Source of the DNA: a virus
Lineage: Duplodnaviria; Caudoviricetes
IMG/VR virus record: IMGVR_UViG_3300021399_003033
Location: 1-64,000 of that record
Strand: one strand, 5' to 3'
Length of the DNA stretch: 64,000 nt
Numbering within the stretch: the stretch's first letter is position 1; each line of letters begins with the position of its first letter. Made by a program: the position numbers and the translations under genes. Below, in pieces: positions 55,001 to 64,000 of this stretch. The notes under the pieces are model-generated. The model had not been told where the DNA came from and ran no database searches. It was given only the letters and a program-made list of their open reading frames with translations.

Positions 55001-58000
55001 ATATTGTACTTTTGGATTCGTAATAGAAATATATTTATAAAACTCATCCATGTTTATAATAGCTAAAGGTCTAGAACCACGCATTTCAATTTCACCAGAA
55101 ACATCTGGATTAGCACGATACCAACCTTCAATAGTATCAATATCATAGAAAGGTCCCTTCTTAGTTATATTACCTCTTTGAATTTGACCTTTAAGAGTTG
55201 AATATGTACTCTTAATATTATCAAAGAAGCAAGCGAATAGATTATTCCATAATACACTATCAGAAGTTGAGAAACAATCTTCTTTAGTTGCATTTACAAA
55301 ATAATCGAAAGAAGGAATACCAGTATTATTAATACCTAATTGAGTATCCATATCATAGAAAATTGGATACCAAATATAATCACCATTTGCGGTCTGAGGA
55401 CCCCAAGTAGCCATCATACAGTTCTTACCACGAGAATCGTAGCACATTAATACTTCTGTGACTACGAAGTAAATTAAACAATAATCAAGATTAAAATGAG
55501 AACCTAATTCAGCTGTAAACTTAGCTTTTCTATATTCTTTACTATCCCAAGTATAAGTAGTTGCACCATATGTAACAGTCTTTGGAACAGCAACGAAATA
55601 ATTCTCACTAGCTCCATCTACTAAACTAGCAGCAAATACTTCTGGAGTAGGAGTTTGAATTTCATCTTCATTTACATCATAATATTGTATATTAGCGTCA
55701 TATTCTGTTGCAGGAACATAATCAGCAATTAATCTTGCTTTTCTAAGACCATTTATATAAGAATTAGTACCCTCGATAACAAGACCTGTTTCTAAATCAA
55801 ATTCAGAAGCAGTAGTTGCATCACCTTGAGAAGGAACGGAATCTGTACAAGTAGACCATACCCACTGACAAGCAGCTTCCCAATTCTTCATCTTATCAAA
55901 TAATGTTTCTGACTTCCAATCTATATCCTATAATTGAGAAGCTTCATAACCATCTTCAATTAATGATGAATATAAATCACCATTCTTAACAGGATCATAG
56001 AAGTAATCAAGTAAATCATCATCTGGATTATAACGATACTCATAAGAGTCTGCTACAATTGGACATGAACTTAATGAATTAAGTCCTCTATCAATCTTAC
56101 CTACTAATCCAGCAGTAACCTGTTCTTCAGTCGCGGTTTCTGCAGAAATTGTTTTATGCTTACCTGTTAAAGGATCAACTGTATAATAATCGAAATTTAA
56201 CTTATGTCTTCCAAGAGGATCTCTAAAAGAACAATAACCACGGTTATTATCAGAATATTCCCAACACTCAACTACCTTACTTACTGCCTTCTTCTTCTTA
56301 TCAAAAGCAGCAACAATCTTTTTATTTGGCTTAAAACCATAGCATTCATCAGATCCCTTATCAAGAAGCATATTGTAACGACCAATATAAGTGTACTTAC
56401 CATTAGCATCTTTCCAGAAAGTCATAACAGGGAATCCTTGAATGTTAGTTCTATAAGAATCAGTGTTATCAAATTGATAAGGTTGATAAGTCTCAGTATA
56501 AATAGCACCCTTTTCCGCAATTAAAGCATCTAATTCTTCTTGAGTTTTTGGCTTAACTTTAGTTTTTCCTTTACTATCTTCATAATAAGTTCTATTCTTA
56601 TCAAATGTAGTAGCTGGCTCATATCCAGAAATCTTCAAGAAAGCTCCAGCTGCATTAAGGTCATCTAGAGGATGTCTAGAATAAGCGTTATTAACTAAAT
56701 TACCAAGACCCATATTATAAGTTCCAGAAGACTCCATATAGTCAATCTTCATTGTGAACTTAGTAGTTCCTACAACGTAGTTATTCATGTAGAAGAAATC
56801 AAGTCTTGTAGACTCTGGATCTTCATTATACATTTCAAGGAACGGACCCTTGTTCATAATCATGTTAATAACATCTTCTTCTTCTGTACCAACTGTTCTA
56901 GTTCCTTTTGTCTTAGCTTTATAGTTACGGCGAGGATAGAACTCAGAAGAAGTACCCTGAACAGATAACTTAACATTAAATTTAGCATTATTATCATTAC
57001 CATATACACTAGTAAATGATGGACAATGATGCTTATAATAATATTGTACATTTGTTAAACCTTCTGCAGCCGCCGCTTCTTTCTGCGCAGGACCCATAGC
57101 ATTAGCTAATTCCTCTAACTCTCCAGTAGCATAAGCTCTTTCAAGTGGAGTGTTAACAAATGTAAATGCAATTGTTTTAGCCTGTGCCTTACTAAATGGT
57201 AAAGCATCGCCTGTATTTGTTTCAAATATTACATATGGCATTAAGTATTCATTTGGATCATTGGCATATGCATCACTTGTATAGTTCATTGCAGCCGCTG
57301 GATCAATCTGATACTCACCAATATCAGTATTAGAAACAAGTAAGAATCTAGTATGGTCATAATCTCTAACACTCTTATGGTCTACAGCATAATTCATAAG
57401 AATATCTCTGATAGATAATGCGCCATTATAAACTCTAAATTTATATAAATCAACATCACAATATTCAGAATTAAACTTTAAGTTCTGAGTATTGATAGTA
57501 ACTGCCTGTGTATCTCTAATATTTGTAACAGATGTAAGAACACCATTTAAATACATGTAGATACGTTTATCAGTATAATTGAATACAATAGTTAAATTAA
57601 TTAATTTATCTTCAACATACTTAACGTTAACTGTAGAACTTCCAGAAGAGAAGAATCCATCTTGAGGTCCTAAACAGAAACCATGATTACCAGAATCATA
57701 GTATGAACAGAAAGCTGCTGAAGTATTAGTTTGCTTATAGACATGAGAGAAACTTGCGGTTAACTCATCATATGTCTTATGATCTGGATTCAATGGGGAA
57801 CCATTAAATTCATAAGTATAACCTTCTTCAGTAGCAACGAAATTTTGAAGATAATCGTCATAGTTAGTGAAGTGAGACTGTGCTAAATAAGCATCCCAAT
57901 ATCTATCATCACCAGAATAACGTGTAATTTCTTTTACTAAGTTACTATAATCTTGAACATTACGAACCTTAAACTCTAATTCAAAAGTACGAGACTGATT

Positions 58001-59587
58001 AGCTACAGTAGTAGCATCATTAATAATCATACTTCCAATAGGAATACTAAATTCAGCACCATTACTGATACGAAGCATAGTGTCTTTATTTTCATCTAGC
58101 ATCCAACCATTATTATACCAGTTAAAATCTTTAAAAGTTGCTTTTTTATCTCCATATGTCCAAGTTGCACGCTTAGTTGCAGATTCATTATTGCTGCGGC
58201 CAGCCGCATCAAAAGAAATTAAAAGATTTTCTTTTGAAACAAGAGTCATATCTCTATTAGGATCTTGAATAACTTCAAATTTAACATCACGAGAAATTGA
58301 AACACCAGTATCAGTATTTTTACAAGTGATAGTATAAGTATTTAACATACCAACTTCTGTATCTGTTAATTCTAAGATTTCAAAATCTTTACTTGTATTA
58401 GATACTTCTCTTGGAGAAGAATCTAATTCAGTAATACCTTTAAAGAACTGAACTGTTGTATTCGCAGTTTTTGGATTATAAACTTTGAATGGAATTTTTA
58501 CAGAATCATAATTATAATATAAAGAACCATAATCTCCTAACCAAATAATAGGATCCATTGAAACACCATCACTAACAGCAATTTCAAATTGTAATGGCTC
58601 TTTTACTCCAACGCCCTCTTCTCCATTAATAGATTGTAATAAATCAATAGTAACTGTATGATAACCGTGGGTAATTCCACTTACTTCACATTTTTGTTCT
58701 CCAGCAGCACCTTTTCCAAGGACTTGTCTAGATTTCACTTCGCCATCAATAGACCATTTTAAAATTTTATCAATAGCGCCACTAATATTACAATACATAG
58801 TAAAAGAAGATCCAAATGCACTTGCGTTTGTAAATTTCTCACTAGGCGTTAATGTTAATTCAACTGTAGTAACTTTAAAGTTAATAGTTCTAGTAGATCC
58901 ACTATTAACACCAGCAGCAGTAATATATAAAGTAGAACTAGCAGAATTTCTTAATTGATTACCAAATTCAAAAGTGTATGGTTTTCCACTAGGAACAATA
59001 AAACTACCTTGTGCATAAGTTATTTTAGTTTCATCTAATTCAATTCGCCATGAAATTGTCATCTCTTCATCCATGGCTTCTCCATCTTGATCAAGGGCTG
59101 ATGTTGCGGTAAAAGTCGCTGCAATATTTTGACCATTTACAATAGTTGAGGTTACTAAAGTAGAGCCTTTAATAGTAGCTGCGCGAGCTTGAGAGCCACC
59201 GCCGCCTCCTCCGCCACCAGATCCACTGACAGCAAGTCTTGTACATATGGCTTGTCTTTCTTCATCATAAACTTCGGTAACTCTAAAAAAAGAACCATCA
59301 GAGTTTAAAATTAAGTCATTTGCAAAAACTTTTTTATCAGGTTCATCGAGCTAATCAAGATCATAAACATAGCTAAAATTTCCATCTGCATCTGCAACTT
59401 CTTGCGGATTTGCATCATGACCATAAATTAAAGAAGCACCACCGCCACCTAATGGAATTCTCTATTCATGCGCATCCATCCACATTTTTCCAGTGTCTTC
59501 AGCGAATAAAATAGCACCATCAGTAACGGCTTGATTCATTAAATCTTCTTCAATGCCTCTAATTGGCTTAAAAGTTATATCGCTCAA
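52007..59587 (-). CDS. Giant multidomain protein, 2526 aa (9 TAG=Gln): Ig-like, LamG-like, CotH-like kinase, leucine-rich and B-repeat-like regions
   Basis: TTG start with an AAGGAG RBS; four ORF-track pieces are one frame; CotH-type motifs QGTSS..YPRRNYK, KIDYMES, YIGRYN, DSRGKN, PIFYDMDTQLG; BspA-like LPDSITQIGEYVF. Confidence 0.8.
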
Positions 59588-59622
59588 TGAATTAAACTCC
59601 TTTCTATCTTAATAAAAATAAA

Positions 59623-59652
59623 ATGGGAAAAGAGGATTTCCTCTTTTCCCAT
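59623..59652 (-). terminator. Perfect 13-bp terminator hairpin upstream of the giant gene
   Basis: ATGGGAAAAGAGG-AAAT-CCTCTTTTCCCAT followed by TTTATTTTT on the minus strand. Confidence 0.7.
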
Positions 59653-59661
59653 GAATAAATC

Positions 59662-59710
59662 CTCTATAATAGAGTAAAAAAACTTATTTTATATTTAATA
59701 ATAATTGTCC
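59662..59710 (-). promoter_or_regulatory. Putative late-promoter motif, copy 4
   Basis: GGACA-ATTATT-ATTAA...TATAGAG (37 nt after GGACA). Confidence 0.55.
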
Positions 59711-59717
59711 TAAGAAA

Positions 59718-61520
59718 TTAAAATGTTCCCCATACAATATCAGCCACAATAACAGTAGATTTATCTTCTGTTCCAGTACCTGTATTCGTATTAGTTAACT
59801 ATAAAGTTGAAGATTCGATAGCAAAACTACCAGCTTTAGTAGTTACAGTATCACTATTAATTGGATTCTTACCAATGATAGTATTTGTAACTGTTGCTGT
59901 TGAAGTGTTATTAACAGTTGTGACAGAAGATTCATAATCATTTTTATTGATATTTGTGAAAGTATCAACAACAGTAATATCTTTTGTTTTAACTCCAATA
60001 ACATGCCCTTTAGTATCTCTTGTTACCGCAGTAACTGCAGTAAATGATAAAGATTCTCCAGCAGCTTGATCAAAATTAGTTCCACCACCAGTTTTCTATT
60101 CTTTTGTCGCTGGAGCTGCGGTACCGCCTTCTGTTGCAACATTACTGTGAGAAATTAATACTTTATTACCGATGATATTAGAACCACTAACAAAAGAATC
60201 TCCATCAATAGTGATATTATCGCCAGCATAAATATCTAATTCTGCGCAAGCCTCATTTTCAATAGTATCTTGAATTTTAATACCTTGATATGGCTTAGAA
60301 GCAAAAACGCCATCTCCAGAAGCGCCTTCGCCTTCAGTTGGTTTACCAATATAAGTAGTATCATTATATCTATCATTTCCAGAAGGAACAATATCCCAAA
60401 CTAGACCAGAAGTAATTAATCCAGTTGTAGGATCTTCTGTTCCTCTAGCAATAATCATATCTCCAGTTTTAGCTTGCTTATTACCATCATCTGTTGGTAT
60501 ACTTAATATATCAGCATCTAATAATAAAGTATCTCCAACTCTTACTCCAGCATTACTAACATCTACTAAAGTCCTAGAGTTTCCAACAGTTCCTCTATAA
60601 GACATAGCATCTAATCCAGTTAATTTTTTATCTAATTCATCTTTAGTATAAACTGGAAGAGTTGCTAAACCATTTTGGAATTTTACTGTTTGCTAAGTAG
60701 CTGTATCTGCGCCAACTTTAATTTGAGGATTAATAGTTGCTTTTTCACTATTTCCCTTAGTATCAGAAACAGTTACAGAAAAACCTTCTGCTTCATTGGC
60801 TCCAACAGCAGTATTTAACTGAGTATCATTACCACTAATTAAAATATCATCGCCATCTTTAGAAATGGTGATATTTCCACCACTTTTTAAAGTTACGCTA
60901 CTATCATGACCAGAGTCTGAAGATAAAGAAAGATCAACTGTCTTTAATACTGAATTTTCTGTCCCAGCACTAAGACTATATTGATCTCCAGAAATTGTTA
61001 AAATATCTCCAGTTCCATCAACGTTATTATCTGTTACTCCAACAGTAATACCATTATTACCTTGAACCTTAAAATCTTTAACAATACTATCACCAGCATC
61101 TTCACTAGTTGGCATTGTTTCAGTAATACTAGTACTTACTGTTGCTACTCCATTAGTAACAGTAATATTTATTTTTAAATCTTTTAAATGAGTATTTGTA
61201 TTAGGATTTATCTAAACCCATCCATGTTCGCTACCAGTCTAACTAGATGCAGAATAAACACATAAAATATTCTATGCTGTCACATAATAGAACTAACCTA
61301 CATAAGCTGATTCATTACCAGCAGTAACTCTAGGTAAATCTCCTAATGAGGTTACAGTGTTTACACCTTCATTAACAGGAACTGCATCACCATTTGCGCG
61401 ACCGATATATAATCTATGAGTATCATTTGTTAAATAAAATGAACCTTCTATAGCTGTTTTATTACTTCTTATTTCATTAAGAGCTGATTGAGTTCCTTGT
61501 TTAAAAAGAACATTAGCCAT
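59718..61520 (-). CDS. Tail fibre/appendage-like protein, 600 aa (7 TAG=Gln)
   Basis: GGAGAGGAG RBS; N-terminal MANVLFKQGTQ...GSFYLTNDTHRLYIG module; three ORF pieces in one frame. Confidence 0.7.
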
Positions 61521-61542
61521 AAATTATATCTCTCCTCTCCTA

Positions 61543-62379
61543 TTAAAGTTCACTGCCATCAGCCTCATTCATATCATGCCATCTTAATTTATCATATAAT
61601 ATTCCTACATCATATTGTAAATCAGTAATATTCTATGGATCTAATGCATCGATTTGAGTTTGCATATTACTAACGACAGTAATAAGTCCCTCTAAATTAT
61701 TTGTCCAATCGGGATTTTTAGTATCATAAAGAGTATTTTCAATTTTTAATATACGAGTATTAAAATTACTTGCATCATCTGGGTGATCCTAAATCCAATC
61801 TGCAATCTCTTTTAATGTATCTAAAGATTCTTTTGCATCAACAGGAATTAATTGTTTTGTTAATTCTTCATTTGCAATATCTCTAATTGATTTAGTAACA
61901 GATCCATTTTGATCAACATCTTCTCCAATTAAAGTCATTACAGTAGAATGAAGATTATCAAATTCTCCTTTTGTTGCAGCTTGTGCCCAAGTACCATCTC
62001 CACGAAGAAATTTTACCTAGTCACCCTTTTTAGGCTATGGAACTAATCCTGCTTTACCATCTGTTTCAGCAGTAGCACCAGTCATTTCTTTGACAACAGA
62101 TTCTAATACTTCTTTTGGATTTTTTGCTTCCCAATGTCCAGCGTCATCACTAACAAGTATTTGACCTTCAGAACCATCCCAAATTACATTGGAAAGATTT
62201 TCAAGAGCAATATTAACATTACTAGCATCTAAACCAGTAATTAATTTATCTCCTAAATATAGAACGCCTTTTGTAGCATTGACTTCTGAAATAAAATAGA
62301 GAGTATCTTGATTTTTAACGCTTAAATTTTTATAAGCATTAGGAGTACCACGCAGAAATCTTACATAATTAACTGCCAT
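61543..62379 (-). CDS. Tail fibre-like protein, 278 aa (4 TAG=Gln)
   Basis: AAGGAGG RBS; MAVNYVRFLRGT...LYLGDKLI; AGLVP-x7-FLRGDGTW; LDTLKEIADWI fibre motifs. Confidence 0.7.
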
Positions 62380-62410
62380 TTTATTAGCCTCCTTGTTTTT
62401 ATTTCATTTA

Positions 62411-62458
62411 CTCTATAATTTTTATAAAATATTAAAAATAAATTAATTTAAAATGTCC
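62411..62458 (-). promoter_or_regulatory. Putative late-promoter motif, copy 5
   Basis: GGACA-TTTTAA-ATTAA...TATAGAG (36 nt after GGACA). Confidence 0.55.
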
Positions 62459-62460
62459 TT

Positions 62461-62766
62461 TTAATTCCCCTCTTCTTCTTCTTCTTCAGTTGGAGCTGGA
62501 GTTGGAGAAATTATATTTTGTAATTCTGTTATCAAATCATCTAATTCTGTAGAATTAACCCCAGAATTTTTTACAATATTTGATAAAATATAAATTTTAT
62601 TATATAAATCATCTATTTTAAACTCTATTTTTCCTACATGCTATGATAAATTATCTGTATTATTAAAAGTTACTTCTCCTGTAGTATCAGGAGAAGTAAC
62701 TTCAAAAGCATGGGTTTTTAGAGTATTATAAAATCTCTATAATTTTTCTGTATTAATTAAACCCAT
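62461..62766 (-). CDS. Hypothetical protein, 101 aa (2 TAG=Gln)
   Basis: GGAGG RBS and TAATG overlap with the upstream gene; acidic tail. Confidence 0.6.
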
Positions 62767-64000
62767 TAAGGTGTACCTCCATTAGAAAAGATAGCATCTA
62801 TTTCTTCATCAGTTGCAATTTCAATTGCTTCTGCAACTTTCTAGAAAGCACTATTAATAGAATCTGTTTCAGCTATTAATTCACTTGTAGATTGATAATC
62901 TGTTAATAGTAAAGATCCTACTTTCTTTGTTTCAAAAGATAAAGCTCCAGTAGTATCAGAAATTAAAACTGAATTTAAAACTAAATCATTTGAACTATTA
63001 ACTGCTGATACAGTTGGCAAAGTAATAGTATGTTCTTCAAGAGATACTACATGCCCCATTTGGTCAATACTTGCGGACAGTGCCTTAAAAGTGGATCCAA
63101 AGCCAGGTGTTTGTGCTGCTGTATCTCCTTTACTCACGGCCGCAGAACCAGCTGCCGCATGTCCTATAGCAATTTGATCATTAGTATTATCACCATTAAT
63201 TTCAATCCATCTATTTCCAGATTTAAATGTTATAGAATCTGCTGATGAAGTAGCATTTATACTAGCATTATTACCAGTTATAGAAGTTGTACTTGCGCTT
63301 GTTCCAGTAATATTAAAGGTTTTGAAATTATTCGGTAAAACATATTTATGGCTCTAATTTGCAATAACATGTCCAGCTGCATCAAACTCTAAATCTTGGA
63401 CAGTAAAATCTGAAACAGTTTCTAAATCAGTATCAGCTTTAGCAGTATTAGTAATAGTATGAATTTCATGTGCAATACCAACTAAAGTATTAGTATTATC
63501 AGCAACTAATTTAATCCATTTGTTTTGAGCTTCAAAAGCTAAAGTCTCTAAAATATCCTATGCAATAACATTTCCATCTGTTCCAGAAATTGTTGTTGTA
63601 TTAGTTGTATTACTTACACCAATTGTCTTATAGCTATAAGGAAGCGTAAATACATGTGGTTTATTTTCTATTACATGTCCAGCTAAATCAAATACTAAAT
63701 CTTGAATTGTTAATGTATTTCCAGAACTAACTGCATTGAAATCAGTAGTGCTAGAAGTTGTAATAATATTATGCGTTTCATGAGCAAGAACTAATTTATC
63801 ATTAGTTGCATCACTTTGTAATCTGATCCATTTATTTCCTGCTGAAAAAGTTAAAATATCTTTTGTATTATCAGCTACAATATCATCAGTACTTTCACCA
63901 GTTGAATGGGTTGCTCCGGCGGCTTGCGACCATAAGTTCTCGTCATCAGAACTATTTTCACTCTTCAAAATTTTGAAAGTAAATGGTAGGGTTACTGTTT
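62766..64000 (-). CDS. 3' part of a repeat-containing tail fibre-like protein (5'-truncated by the window; at least 3 TAG=Gln)
   Basis: Three repeats of about 95 aa (F.A.NKWI...AHE...QDL.FD.AGHV...H...LP); ends ATDEEIDAIFSNGGTP-TAA. Confidence 0.7.

Noticed and set aside
360-63245. Short antisense or alternate-frame ORFs in the track (e.g. 1591-1812, 22710-23027, 35911-36213, 54105-54422)
   Set aside because: They overlap well-supported genes, lack an RBS and recognisable motifs, and are best explained as shadow ORFs.
1-64000. Suppressor tRNA-CUA, other tRNA/rRNA genes, or a release factor
   Set aside because: No cloverleaf or T-loop (GTTCRA) context was recognised by eye and intergenic gaps are short; such genes may lie outside the window. 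tRNAscan-SE/ARAGORN would settle it.
1-64000. CRISPR array, integrase or IS element
   Set aside because: No regularly spaced direct repeats and no recombinase/transposase motifs were seen.

Overview
A 64-kb segment of a large, AT-rich (roughly 28-30% GC by eye) tailed-phage genome. The host is most likely an anaerobic Firmicute (Clostridia-like): AGGAGG Shine-Dalgarno sites, sigmaA-type promoters, cell-wall-binding/SH3b/3D domains and a class III RNR. The supplied ORF track is misleading because TAG is read as Gln (translation table 15). Reading through TAG joins dozens of fragments into full-length genes, puts TAG on conserved Gln residues (NrdD, NrdG, dUTPase), and restores ATGA/TAATG gene overlaps; every rebuilt gene ends in TAA or TGA. 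Left arm (+, 1-31.8 kb): replication and nucleotide metabolism (gyrB, RNase HI, gyrA, NAD ligase, ThyX-like, SSB-like, Sak4-like, DnaB, primase, RecJ, RecD-like helicase, DnaE, Gmk, NrdDG, dUTPase, RuvC). Right arm (-, 31.9-64 kb): tail/baseplate/fibre genes, a holin, a 2526-aa CotH-kinase-containing protein and a six-gene cassette of unknown function. Main observations: (1) very uneven TAG use, with core replisome genes TAG-free and every nuclease, the primase, the dNTP-supply enzymes and most tail/lysis genes TAG-dependent; (2) an apparent phage-specific late-promoter motif GGNCA-N6-ATTAW-N25-27-TATWGA; (3) apparent strong enrichment of TGCGG(C); (4) the six-gene cassette; (5) a membrane-anchored coiled-coil GIY-YIG nuclease. 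All translations, counts and family assignments were made by hand; no database searches were run.
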